The notes below the pieces were generated by a model. The model was not told the DNA's origin and ran no database searches. It was given only the letters and a program-made list of their open reading frames with translations. Position numbers and translations under genes: made by a program. From contig JBCCHK010000008.1 of NCBI GenBank assembly GCA_039028835.1, positions 6,698 to 70,697 on the forward strand: DNA of 64,000 nucleotides, in the 5' to 3' direction. Shown piece by piece: positions 28,850-41,164 of this stretch. The number at the start of each line of letters is the position of its first letter. Positions within the stretch are counted from its first letter, which is position 1. Source of the stretch: Pseudomonadota bacterium. GTDB taxonomy: Bacteria; Pseudomonadota; Alphaproteobacteria; JBCCHK01.

Positions 28850-30453
28850 AAATACGTGCGCAAATAGGCATGGTGCTTAATCTCGATAAATGTATTGGGT
28901 GTCACACCTGCTCAGTCACTTGTAAGAATGTCTGGACGTCTCGCGAGGGCATGGAATATGCCTGGTTCAATAATGTTGAAACCAAGCCTGGTGTTGGCTT
29001 TCCTAAGCAATGGGAGAATCAGGAACAATGGCATGGCGGGTGGCACCGCACAAAGAGTGGAAAAATCCATCCCAAACAAGGGGGACGCTGGCGCATTTTG
29101 GCGAAGATTTTTGGCAATCCAGATATGCCAGAAATTGATGATTATTACGAGCCGTTTACTTTCGATTATGACCATCTTCAAAACGCCCCTGAGTCAAAAA
29201 ATATGCCAACGGCACGGCCACGATCCTTAGTGTCCGGGCAGCGCATGGAGAAGATTGAATGGGGGCCAAATTGGGAGGAAATTTTAGGCACTGAGTTTGA
29301 ACACCGGCGCAAGGATTATAATTTTAAGAATATGGAAGAGCAGATGTATGGAGAGTTTGAAAACACCTTCATGATGTATCTTCCGCGCTTGTGTGAACAT
29401 TGTCTGAATCCAACCTGTGTGGCGTCCTGTCCATCGGGCTCTATTTATAAACGTGAAGAAGATGGTGTGGTTCTGGTCGATCAGGATAAATGTCGCGGCT
29501 GGCGCATGTGCGTATCGGGCTGTCCGTATAAGAAGATTTATTATAACTGGAAATCCGGTAAGGCAGAAAAGTGCACGTTATGCTATCCGCGTCTTGAAAA
29601 CGGAGAGCCAACGGTATGTTCAGAGACCTGTGTCGGGCGCATTCGATATCTGGGTGTGATTTTATACGATGCAGACCGTATCGAGCAGGCCGCAAGCGTT
29701 GCCAATGAGGAGGATCTTTATCAGGCACAGTGCAACATCTTCCTTGATCCCCATGATGCAAAGGTCATAGCCCAGGCACGAAAAGACGGCATTCCTGGGA
29801 ACTGGATTGAGGGGGCGCAAACCTCACCAGTGTACAAAATGGCGATAGACTGGAAAGTAGCCTTCCCGTTGCATCCTGAATATAGAACTTTACCGATGGT
29901 TTGGTATGTTCCGCCGCTGTCTCCCGTGCAAAATGCAATCCAAACAGGAAAACTACCGACAAAAGGCATTTTGCCTGATGTGGATAAAATGCGCATTCCG
30001 GTGAAATATTTGGCCAATATGCTCACCGGCGGCAAGGAAGAACCGGTTGTTTTGGCTCTTAAACGCTTGATGGCGATGCGTCATTTTATGCGAGGCGAGT
30101 TGACCCAGGGCAAGGCCGATCCGAAGGTATTACAAGAGGTCGGCCTTACTGCGTCTTTGGTGAAGGATATGTACAAAACGATGGCACTTGCTAACTATGA
30201 AGATCGCTACGTGATACCGACCGGTCACCGTGAGGAAACGCTGGATGCTTACGGCGAAAGCGGTGCTTGCGGCTTTAGCTTCGGCAATGGTTGTGCTTTG
30301 CATTCCCATAGTGATGTTGATCTCTTTGAAAATCCAATGAACTGGCGCGGTCGTAGTGCTTCTGGCAAAGACAACCGTGTGAATACATTGTTCACCCAAG
30401 GAAAAACAAGCACATCAGGCGGCTGCGGTAGCGGCGGCTGTGGTTGTAATTAG
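28846..30453 (+). CDS. narH: Respiratory nitrate reductase beta subunit.
   Basis: The N-terminus 'MKIRAQIGMVLNLDKCIGCHTCSVTCKNVW' is near-identical to the enterobacterial NarH start. Multiple Cys ferredoxin clusters are present. There is an unusual Cys/Gly-rich C-terminal extension. Confidence 0.9.
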   Translation: MKIRAQIGMVLNLDKCIGCHTCSVTCKNVWTSREGMEYAWFNNVETKPGVGFPKQWENQEQWHGGWHRTKSGKIHPKQGGRWRILAKIFGNPDMPEIDDYYEPFTFDYDHLQNAPESKNMPTARPRSLVSGQRMEKIEWGPNWEEILGTEFEHRRKDYNFKNMEEQMYGEFENTFMMYLPRLCEHCLNPTCVASCPSGSIYKREEDGVVLVDQDKCRGWRMCVSGCPYKKIYYNWKSGKAEKCTLCYPRLENGEPTVCSETCVGRIRYLGVILYDADRIEQAASVANEEDLYQAQCNIFLDPHDAKVIAQARKDGIPGNWIEGAQTSPVYKMAIDWKVAFPLHPEYRTLPMVWYVPPLSPVQNAIQTGKLPTKGILPDVDKMRIPVKYLANMLTGGKEEPVVLALKRLMAMRHFMRGELTQGKADPKVLQEVGLTASLVKDMYKTMALANYEDRYVIPTGHREETLDAYGESGACGFSFGNGCALHSHSDVDLFENPMNWRGRSASGKDNRVNTLFTQGKTSTSGGCGSGGCGCN

Positions 30454-30464
30454 GGAATAGGACA

Positions 30465-31172
30465 ATGAAGACATTAAAAGTTTTGGGCGTTCTGCTGACG
30501 TATCCCTCGGCCGATTTGATGAAAGCTTTACCGGAGTTGCAGAAAATCCTGAAAAAAGAAAAATGGTTGTCAGAAAAATCGTTAAAAACGCTTGGCCATT
30601 TGATGGATTGGATGAGTGCGCAGGACTTGCTAGATTTACAAGAAGAGTTTGTTGCGCTGTTTGATCGTACGCCGTCGCTTTGTTTACATTTGTTTGAGCA
30701 TGTCCATGGCGACTCGCGTGATCGCGGGCAGGCTCTGGCTGATCTCTCAGAGATTTATAAAGACGCAGGTCTGCTTATTAATACTGAAGAAATGCCTGAT
30801 TTTCTGCCGCTGTTTTTAGAGTATCTTTCTGTGATTGATGCGCAAGAGTCACGCCAGAACTTGGGAGAGATTGCCAATGTTCTGGGTGTTTTAGCCAGGC
30901 GTTTGAACAGTAGGCGCTCACCTTATGCTTGTGTGTTTGAAGGGCTCATTGAGGCGGCGGCCCGTAAGCCTGATAAAAAGGCTGTTGAAGCGGCCCTTAA
31001 AGATGCGACCGGTAAGGCAGGGACGTTTGAGGAGCTGGATCAATCATGGGAAGAGCAGAACGCTTTCGAGAACTCCTTACAAACCATAGAGCAGAATATG
31101 AGCGGCGGTTGTCCAAAGGCCGAGGCCATGTTGGCGCAGATGAACCTACCAAAAGAAAACGAGGAGGTATAG
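30465..31172 (+). CDS. narJ: Nitrate reductase molybdenum cofactor assembly chaperone.
   Basis: Its position between narH and narI, its size and the TorD-like N-terminus support the call. Confidence 0.8.
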   Translation: MKTLKVLGVLLTYPSADLMKALPELQKILKKEKWLSEKSLKTLGHLMDWMSAQDLLDLQEEFVALFDRTPSLCLHLFEHVHGDSRDRGQALADLSEIYKDAGLLINTEEMPDFLPLFLEYLSVIDAQESRQNLGEIANVLGVLARRLNSRRSPYACVFEGLIEAAARKPDKKAVEAALKDATGKAGTFEELDQSWEEQNAFENSLQTIEQNMSGGCPKAEAMLAQMNLPKENEEV

Positions 31173-31176
31173 AGCT

Positions 31177-31851
31177 GTGGATTTCTTTTTATTTCAGATT
31201 TTCCCTTATATTGCGATCGCTGTTTTTGCGTTGGGGAGCATTCTGCGGTTTGACCGTGATCCTTATTCGTGGCGCTCAAAATCTAGCCAGCTTCTAAGAC
31301 GAAAACAATTCATTGTTGGTAGTATTCTGTTTCATTGCGGGATTATCACGATTTTGCTCGGGCATATTGTGGGGCTACTAACCCCGATTGCGGTGTTTGA
31401 TGCTGTGGGCATTTCCCATGGTGTAAAGCAGATTTTGGCGATGACGGCTGGCGGGATTGCGGGAGTATTTTGCTTTATCGGGCTGGTTATGTTGCTTCAT
31501 CGTCGTTTGGTTGATCCGCGTATTCGTGCGACCAGTTCTTTTTCGGATATTGCTGTATTGGTTTTGCTTTTGGCGCAGCTTTGTCTGGGGATGTATACGA
31601 TTACGGAATCGATGAAGCATTTAGACGGGCATGAAATGGTTAAGTTCATGGAATGGGCCCAGCATATCGCAACACTCCGTGGTGGGGCTCATCATTATGT
31701 TTCTGATGTGGCGTGGGTATTCAAAGTGCACCTGGTGCTGGGGATGTTTATTCTCTTTGTCTGGCCCTTCACAAGGCTTGTACATGTGTTCAGTGCACCG
31801 GTCGGATTTGTGTTCCGGCCTTATCAAATTGTTCGTAAAAGGGAGATTTAG
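31177..31851 (+). CDS. narI: Respiratory nitrate reductase gamma subunit (cytochrome b).
   Basis: It is 224 aa with five TM helices carrying the conserved His ligands. Confidence 0.85.
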   Translation: MDFFLFQIFPYIAIAVFALGSILRFDRDPYSWRSKSSQLLRRKQFIVGSILFHCGIITILLGHIVGLLTPIAVFDAVGISHGVKQILAMTAGGIAGVFCFIGLVMLLHRRLVDPRIRATSSFSDIAVLVLLLAQLCLGMYTITESMKHLDGHEMVKFMEWAQHIATLRGGAHHYVSDVAWVFKVHLVLGMFILFVWPFTRLVHVFSAPVGFVFRPYQIVRKREI

Positions 31852-31854
31852 GAG

Positions 31855-32616
31855 ATGGTTGCTGCGCCCAGTATTAGCGTAAATGGTATCAAAATTACAC
31901 CTCAGCAAATTAATGCGGAGGCGCAATATCATCCGGCTGAAAGTTTTTTTAGTGCCCAATATGAAGCCACGCAGGCTTTGGTCGTACGGGAGCTTTTAAT
32001 CCAGCGGGCGGTTGATTTGGGGCTTTGTCAACACGACGCAGGGATCAAAAATCCGGATGACGTTTTGGTAGCATTGTTTGAAAAAGAAATAGTGCTTCCT
32101 GAAGCAGATGAGCAAACATGCCGGCGTTTTTATGAGCAGAATAAAAAGCGATTTTTTACTGCACCCTTATTCGAAGCAGCGCACATCTTATACCCAGCCC
32201 CGCCGGGGGATAAGCAGGCCCGCGACGCTGCCTTAGAAAAAGCACAAAAAGCGTTGGTGCGGATTATGCAAAAGCCAGAGTGTTTTAAGACAATTGCGAG
32301 AACAGAGTCGGCGTGTTCATCTGCCAAAATGGGCGGGCATCTTGGGCAGATCACCAAAGGGCAGACGGCGCCCGCTTTCGAGGCAGCATTGCTTGATATG
32401 CAAGAGGGGGATCTTTCCGAACAGCCCCTAGCCAGTGAGTTTGGCTATCATTTGATTAAGGTTCATAAACGTCTTGAAGGCAAACAATTGCCTTTTGGTG
32501 CCGTGCATGAATGGATTGTCGATTATCTGCAGCAGCAAAGCTGGCAGAGGGCTTTTCGTCAGTATGTTCAGCTTTTGGCAGGACAGGCCAAGGTAAGCGG
32601 ATTCCAGCCAGGCTGA
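31855..32616 (+). CDS. PpiC-type (parvulin) peptidyl-prolyl cis-trans isomerase, nar-associated.
   Basis: A parvulin domain ('SAKMGGHLGQITKGQTAPAFEAA', 'FGYHLIKV') is present. From memory, this is the same position as the PpiC-type gene after narI in Pseudomonas nar clusters. Confidence 0.65.
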   Translation: MVAAPSISVNGIKITPQQINAEAQYHPAESFFSAQYEATQALVVRELLIQRAVDLGLCQHDAGIKNPDDVLVALFEKEIVLPEADEQTCRRFYEQNKKRFFTAPLFEAAHILYPAPPGDKQARDAALEKAQKALVRIMQKPECFKTIARTESACSSAKMGGHLGQITKGQTAPAFEAALLDMQEGDLSEQPLASEFGYHLIKVHKRLEGKQLPFGAVHEWIVDYLQQQSWQRAFRQYVQLLAGQAKVSGFQPG

Positions 32617-32709
32617 CAGTCCGCTTGTACAGTAATACTTGCACGATGTGATCGCCGCTTTTTGAGCAGGGTTTCCTACGTGGGGATTTTCTGGCCTTGT
32701 ACCTGATTC

Positions 32710-32814
32710 TCTTAATGAACAGGGGAACGATGGGGCGCGTGGCCTTGTGGTTCAGCGGTAGACCCCGCCGCTCATAACGGTGTTGTCGTAGGTTCGAATC
32801 CTGCCGGGCCACCC
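32710..32814 (+). repeat. Right copy of the ~105-bp direct repeat (tRNA-Met-like plus leader) bracketing the nar island.
   Basis: It aligns to 20699-20803. Confidence 0.7.
32741..32814 (+). tRNA. tRNA-Met(CAT)-like sequence, probably a degenerate copy or pseudo-tRNA.
   Basis: It is ~90% identical to the tRNA at 20729-20803 and has the same CAT anticodon loop. However, the acceptor stem (GGCCTTG vs CGGGCCA) has a G1:A72 and a C3:C70 mismatch, the D-stem has a mismatch, and there is no encoded CCA. Confidence 0.45.
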
Positions 32815-33109
32815 GTGTGCTACCACCCGCAAAAAATCACAAAAAATCATAAAAAAAGACGCAAAAACGGCCAAAATCCCGCAAATACTGTGAATGGCGC
32901 GTTGGTAGGGGCGCGGGTCGGTGTATACTGGCACCGGAAGGTCCTTATGGTCGTTTTTTCTCGAAAAGCCTTCACAAAAACCGTTCAAGAAAAAATGGCG
33001 ATAACGACGGAGAATCAGCCGATAATCCGATCCTCATGCGGCTTGACCTTCCTCGCCGCGCACCTCGCCCTTGCTTCATCCCAAAACGATGCGGGTTTCC
33101 TGCCCATGA

Positions 33110-35617
<2,508 letters not shown>

Positions 35618-35621
35618 AGGC

Positions 35622-36881
35622 GTGGACGTCGTTCGCATAATCCCTGCGCCATCGCCCCTTTGTGGGACGTTGACTCTGCCCGGCAGTAAATCGATCACCA
35701 ATCGGGCGTTATTGTTAGCCGCCCTCGCACCGGGGTCAAAACCGGTGCGCCTATCAGGCATGCTCGAAAGCGACGATACCCGCCACATGGTCAAGGCTTT
35801 ACGCGCCTGGGGGGTGCAGATCACGCAAGGCTCCAGCAACGACGAGGTTAAACTGGTCTCGCCGCCCACATTCCAGCCGCCCCCCGCGCCGATCGACGTG
35901 GGCAATGCAGGCACCGCCATGCGCTTTCTTACCGCCGCTGCCGCTCTTGTGCCTGGGGTTATCACCCTGACGGGCGATCGCTATATGCGCCGCCGTCCGA
36001 TCGGCGCGCTGGCTGAGGCTCTTGCTCAATGGGGTATCAAAACCCGCACCGAAGACGGTTGTCCGCCGATCACCATCGACGGTTCCGGCACGCTTGCATC
36101 TGCATCGATCACGGTGCAGGCAGATCTCTCCAGCCAATTTGTCTCGGCCCTCTTGATGGTCGCGCCTCGTGCGGAAGGGCCGGTCGATATCCTCGTACCC
36201 GCCGATATTCCCGCCCAGGGATACGTGGATTTAACCGTCCAGATGATGGCCGCCTTTGGCGTTGCGCCCGTTCGCACTGAGAGCGGTTATCGCGTCCAGG
36301 GGCGCTACCACGCGCCTGAGTCCTACGCGATTGAGCCTGATGCGTCGACGGCGACCTATTTTTGGGCGGCGCAAGCTCTCACCAAAGGACACATTACCCT
36401 ATCCGGCAAAGGCGCCACAATGGGCGATCTGCAACCTGATGCCGCCAGTCGCGCCTTGATCGAGCGGTTCCCGGATTTTCCTGAGCGCATCGACGGCGCA
36501 CAGATGCAGGATGCCGTGCCGACCCTGGCGGTTATGGCGGCCTTTGTGCCGCGGCCTGTGCGTTTTGTTGGGATTAGCAACTTGCGGGTTAAGGAATGTG
36601 ATCGCATTGCGGTGCTGCGTCGGGAGCTCCAGCGAGTCCAGCCCGATCTCGCCCATGAGGAGGGCGACGCGCTTGTCATCAAAGGCGATCCTCATCTTGC
36701 CCCGCACGCGCCTGAGACGATGATCGATCCCGAAGGGGACCATCGTATGGCCATGGCTCTTGCGCTCTTGGGCTTGCGCTGTGAGGGAATCACCATCACC
36801 GAGCCCGATTGTGTCAGCAAGACCTTTCCTGGCTATTGGCAGGCTCTGGCTCAAGTGGGCGCGAGACTCCAGCGTGGTTAG
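35622..36881 (+). CDS. aroA: 3-phosphoshikimate 1-carboxyvinyltransferase (EPSP synthase).
   Basis: The motif 'LPGSKSITNRALLLAALA' is present. The start is set to the in-frame GTG just after the gyrB stop. Confidence 0.8.
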   Translation: MDVVRIIPAPSPLCGTLTLPGSKSITNRALLLAALAPGSKPVRLSGMLESDDTRHMVKALRAWGVQITQGSSNDEVKLVSPPTFQPPPAPIDVGNAGTAMRFLTAAAALVPGVITLTGDRYMRRRPIGALAEALAQWGIKTRTEDGCPPITIDGSGTLASASITVQADLSSQFVSALLMVAPRAEGPVDILVPADIPAQGYVDLTVQMMAAFGVAPVRTESGYRVQGRYHAPESYAIEPDASTATYFWAAQALTKGHITLSGKGATMGDLQPDAASRALIERFPDFPERIDGAQMQDAVPTLAVMAAFVPRPVRFVGISNLRVKECDRIAVLRRELQRVQPDLAHEEGDALVIKGDPHLAPHAPETMIDPEGDHRMAMALALLGLRCEGITITEPDCVSKTFPGYWQALAQVGARLQRG

Positions 36882-36927
36882 GCACGAACCTTCGCAGGTC
36901 GCTTTGTTATGGTGTAGGATCAAGAGC

Positions 36928-38592
36928 ATGAGATACTTTGTTTTGTTCAGTATGCTGTGCACTTGGGCAGTCTTGATGCCCACCTCGGCGAGCGCATCGC
37001 GTGCCGATTATGCCTTTATGGCGGGGAGTTTTGCCGTCGTCCGAGGCGATGATCGCCGGGCCTATGATCTGCTTCGAGATATCGATGAAGATATCATCCG
37101 CGCCCAGCCCTTGCTTGCCCGGCGTGCCTTGCAAGCCATGGTGCGCTATGGCGATATGGCGGCGGCGACCCGCTTGGGCGACCACTTGTGGCGCGAAGAG
37201 CAGATCCAGAGTGATCTCTTTTTGCTCCACATCGCGCGCCGTCTCAGTCAAGGTGATGACCTTGATCCCTGGCCATCGGCTGTCAGCACCGATTCTCACC
37301 TGTGGCAAATTATCGCTGCCTGGCACGCTTTGGAGCGTGAGGATACAGCCACGGCCATGGCTTTTGCTGATCGTGCGGGGGATAGCTTTTTTGCCCTTGC
37401 GCACCGGGTGATGATCGCCAGCATGGCCGAGCAACCGGTCCCGCAAGCGTTTATCGATACCCTGGTGGATGAGGCCATTAATGTTGATGAGCAGTATCTG
37501 CCCTTGGTGGTTGCTGCGATGATCCAGCACGGGCAGACTGACCGAGCGCGAGAAACAATCCGCCGGGTTCGTGAAGCCTTTGCCCCCTATTCCTGGCAAT
37601 ACAAGATGGCGCATTTTCTATCTGACTCTCTGGAGCAGCGAGATAGTATAAGTTTTTTGATCGACAACCCACGTCAAGGGCTTGCCCATGCTCTTGCCCA
37701 AGGGGCATCCTTGTGGCGGTCAGTGGGACAATCTCCGCGCGCTTTGCTCGCCGCGCGGGTAGCTAGCTATCTCGCCCCCAACACGCCGCACCATATCTAT
37801 ATCACCGGCCAAACCCTTGCAGACTTGGGAAGCTATCACCTGGCGGTCGATGCGTTTTCTTCCCTAGAGCGGGCAAGTTTTCAGTTTCTACCCTCGCGCT
37901 TTGACCTGATCGATGTCTTGCTCACCACGGATCGTGATGATGATGCGATGCGAATCATCGACGGCTTGCTCAATGACGAACCTGATCCCTATACCTTATG
38001 GCAGATTGCGAACGCTTTGGCTGTGCATGGCGAAGACAAACAGGCATTAGAGCTGTACGACAGGGCACAAGAGATGCAGGATGATATTACCGATAATTGG
38101 TCTTTTCTATACTATCGCGGGGCAACCTTGCATCGGCTTGATATGTGGGATCGTGCGCTACAGGATTTTTCTGCCGCGGTCAAACTCAATCAAAATGATG
38201 CGGAACTGCTTAACTATGTGGGCTATTCCTTGCTCGAGCGGCTCATTGAAATAGAGCTCGGCGGTGATTTGGTCAAGCGCGCGTTTGAGCTTGCGCCAGA
38301 GGACCCTTTTATCGCCGATAGTGTCGGCTGGTATTATTATCTCACCGAGCAATACGATAAGGCCATCGAGTATATCGAGTTTTCTGTCACCCAGCTGCCC
38401 TATGACCCGACGGTCAATGACCATTTGGGCGATGCCTACTGGCGGGCCGGGCGGGTGCGTGAAGCGGCCTATCAATGGCAACGGGCGATCAATAATTCCG
38501 ATGATCCTGCCTTCATCGAAACGGTGATAGAAAAACTGGATGAGGGTTTGGGCGCGCATATTATCTTCTCCACCGAAAGCCAAGAGATTTAA
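36928..38592 (+). CDS. Secreted tetratricopeptide-repeat protein.
   Basis: The signal peptide is 'MRYFVLFSMLCTWAVLMPTSASA'. TPR-like repeats are present toward the C-terminus. Confidence 0.6.
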   Translation: MRYFVLFSMLCTWAVLMPTSASASRADYAFMAGSFAVVRGDDRRAYDLLRDIDEDIIRAQPLLARRALQAMVRYGDMAAATRLGDHLWREEQIQSDLFLLHIARRLSQGDDLDPWPSAVSTDSHLWQIIAAWHALEREDTATAMAFADRAGDSFFALAHRVMIASMAEQPVPQAFIDTLVDEAINVDEQYLPLVVAAMIQHGQTDRARETIRRVREAFAPYSWQYKMAHFLSDSLEQRDSISFLIDNPRQGLAHALAQGASLWRSVGQSPRALLAARVASYLAPNTPHHIYITGQTLADLGSYHLAVDAFSSLERASFQFLPSRFDLIDVLLTTDRDDDAMRIIDGLLNDEPDPYTLWQIANALAVHGEDKQALELYDRAQEMQDDITDNWSFLYYRGATLHRLDMWDRALQDFSAAVKLNQNDAELLNYVGYSLLERLIEIELGGDLVKRAFELAPEDPFIADSVGWYYYLTEQYDKAIEYIEFSVTQLPYDPTVNDHLGDAYWRAGRVREAAYQWQRAINNSDDPAFIETVIEKLDEGLGAHIIFSTESQEI

Positions 38593-38597
38593 TCATA

Positions 38598-39527
38598 TTG
38601 AGGTCTATGCCGCCGCCTTTTAAGACCTGTCCGGCTAAAATTAACCTGTGTTTGCATGTTCGGGGACGACGGGATGATGGCTATCATGATTTATGCTCGC
38701 TCACTGCTTTTGCCCGGTTTGGCGACGCCCTCGCGCTTGAGATCACGCCTGCCCAGACCTGGTCCGCAGACTTGCAGATCATGGCATCAGACGATTCACA
38801 AGCAGACCCACAAGACTGGACCGCTCTTCCCATAGATGACAGAAACCTTGCCCTGAAGGCCGCGCGATTGTTTGGTGAGACCTTTGCACTGAGCGGGCGG
38901 GTGCGGATCACCTTGCACAAACAGATTCCTCTCGGGGCAGGTTTGGGCGGCGGTTCGGCTGATGCCGCGGGGGTGCTCCGTGCGCTGAGTGCGGCGTTTA
39001 CCGGGCGGCGGCTTCCAACAGGCGCGATCGCCGGGATCGGCGCCGATGTGCCCGTGTGCATGACGCCCGCCACGCAGTGGCTGACGGGCAAAGGCGAGCA
39101 CAGTCGCCCGGGACCGGTGCTTAGGGGTACGCCGCTGGTGCTGGCGTACCCGAGGATATCGCTGGCCACCGGAAAAGTGTTTGCCGCCCTGGACAAAAAG
39201 CAGCCGGCTTCGCCGCAGGCAAGGCAAGTAGGGCCGTTGGTGGATCGGTGCGGGTGCGATGACCTACCCGATCATCCCGCGCCTGAGCATTTGGCCAAGG
39301 CCTTAGGACGTTGCGGCAATGATCTGCAAACCTCGGCTAGTGCGTTATGTCCAGACATCGAACGGTTGCGCGAGGACGTTCGACGCCAGGCGGGGTGTTT
39401 GCTTGCCCGCATGACCGGGAGCGGGTCAGCGTGTTTTGGGATTTTTACGGATCAGGCGCAGGCGGATCGAGCGATGAATGTCTTGCGCAAAGATGGTTGG
39501 TGGGCGATATCGACCGCGCTACTTTAA
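38598..39527 (+). CDS. ispE: 4-diphosphocytidyl-2-C-methyl-D-erythritol kinase.
   Basis: 'KINLCLHVRGRRDDGYH' and the GHMP kinase motif 'PLGAGLGGGSADAA' are present. Confidence 0.85.
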   Translation: MRSMPPPFKTCPAKINLCLHVRGRRDDGYHDLCSLTAFARFGDALALEITPAQTWSADLQIMASDDSQADPQDWTALPIDDRNLALKAARLFGETFALSGRVRITLHKQIPLGAGLGGGSADAAGVLRALSAAFTGRRLPTGAIAGIGADVPVCMTPATQWLTGKGEHSRPGPVLRGTPLVLAYPRISLATGKVFAALDKKQPASPQARQVGPLVDRCGCDDLPDHPAPEHLAKALGRCGNDLQTSASALCPDIERLREDVRRQAGCLLARMTGSGSACFGIFTDQAQADRAMNVLRKDGWWAISTALL

Positions 39528-39536
39528 CAGTATATG

Positions 39537-40793
39537 TTACTGATTCATTTTCTCAAAGAAGCTGGCGTTGGAGGGTGCGCCGCGCAGTTTTTCTAGCAAA
39601 AACTCCATCGCTTCGGTCACGCCCATGGGCATCAATATCCGGCGTAGCACCCACATCTTCGTCAGGGTCGCACGATCCACCAGCAGCTCTTCCTTGCGGG
39701 TACCGGACTTGCCGATATCGATGGCCGGGAAGACCCGTTTATCGGCCAGTTTGCGGTCGAGCACAATCTCAGAGTTACCCGTGCCCTTAAACTCTTCGAA
39801 GATGACTTCGTCCATGCGGCTGCCGGTGTCAATTAGCGCGGTGGCGATGATCGTGAGTGAGCCCCCTTCTTCTATATTCCGCGCGGCACCGAAAAAGCGC
39901 TTAGGCCGTTGTAAGGCATTGGCGTCTACCCCGCCGGTGAGCACCTTCCCAGAAGAGGGCACGACGGTGTTATAGGCGCGTGCCAAGCGGGTGATTGAAT
40001 CGAGCAAGATCACCACGTCGCGCTTGTGTTCGACCAAACGCTTGGCTCGAGAGATGACGATTTCTGCGATCTGTACGTGGCGGGTTGCGGGCTCATCAAA
40101 GGTCGAGGCAATCACATCGCCCTTGACCGAACGCTCCATATCGGTGACCTCTTCGGGACGTTCATCGATCAGCAGAACGATCAGATGCGCGTCCGGATGA
40201 TTGCTTTCAATCGAGTGGGCAATTTTTTGCAACATGACCGTTTTCCCTGTACGCGGTGGGGCGACGATCAGGGCGCGCTGACCTTTGCCGAGCGGGGAAA
40301 CCAGATCGATCACCCGCGCCAGCAGCTGGCCTTTGCTTTCTTCCTTGCTTTCCATCTGCAGGGATTGATCAGGATAGAGCGGCGTGCAGTTATCAAAATG
40401 TAGGCGATGACGGGCGGACTCGACCTCATCCTTGTTGATAGACTCGATTTTATAAAGGGCAAAATACCGTTCATTGTCTTTGGGGGCGTGAATTTGGCCG
40501 TCGACCAGATCCCCAGTGCGTAGGCCATAGCGTCGTACTTGGGTCGGCGAGACGTATATATCATCGGGGCCAGGTAGGTAATTTGAATCGCTTGAGCGTA
40601 AAAAGCCAAAGCCATCGGAGAGAACCTCGATGACGCCTGAGCCAAAGATGGGCACATCTTGCCATGCCAATTGCTTGAGTACGGCAAAGACAATGTCTTG
40701 CTTGCGCAGTGTGTGGGCGTTGTCGATTTCCAGCTCTTGTGCGAGTTCCATAAGCTGGGCAGGGGGTTTTGCTTTTAACTCTTCAAGGTGCAT
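39537..40793 (-). CDS. rho: Transcription termination factor Rho.
   Basis: A Rho N-terminal/CSD domain and RecA-like ATPase are present ('[15 protein letters not shown]', '[15 protein letters not shown]'). Confidence 0.9.
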   Translation of the reverse strand: MHLEELKAKPPAQLMELAQELEIDNAHTLRKQDIVFAVLKQLAWQDVPIFGSGVIEVLSDGFGFLRSSDSNYLPGPDDIYVSPTQVRRYGLRTGDLVDGQIHAPKDNERYFALYKIESINKDEVESARHRLHFDNCTPLYPDQSLQMESKEESKGQLLARVIDLVSPLGKGQRALIVAPPRTGKTVMLQKIAHSIESNHPDAHLIVLLIDERPEEVTDMERSVKGDVIASTFDEPATRHVQIAEIVISRAKRLVEHKRDVVILLDSITRLARAYNTVVPSSGKVLTGGVDANALQRPKRFFGAARNIEEGGSLTIIATALIDTGSRMDEVIFEEFKGTGNSEIVLDRKLADKRVFPAIDIGKSGTRKEELLVDRATLTKMWVLRRILMPMGVTEAMEFLLEKLRGAPSNASFFEKMNQ

Positions 40794-41164
40794 AACCTAA
40801 TCCGTTGTTGCAGGAGAATGGAGCGAGATAAGGGGTAGAAAAAGAAAGTCGAGGATCGGCCGAAAGTTCGTAAAGTGACGATAGTAAAGGCGTTAGAGAT
40901 TCAAAAGAAAGGGACGCCACGAAGCGCAGGGGAGAGGAGCTTGAACAAGGGCGGGCAGACCCGACGACGTGATCGGAAAGCCGTCAACATCGCATCACTG
41001 ACATCGCATCATAATGCGTAAGCGTGACAAATAAGCGTGAGAAACAAGCGTAGCAAGGAGGTGTGTTTGGAAATACCGGCAAGCAACGCGGCAAGGTCAC
41101 CTCTTAGGGTGGTCTTTGCCGACTGATTTGTCAAGTGGTAAAATCTATCTTGTTATTCAAGCAG

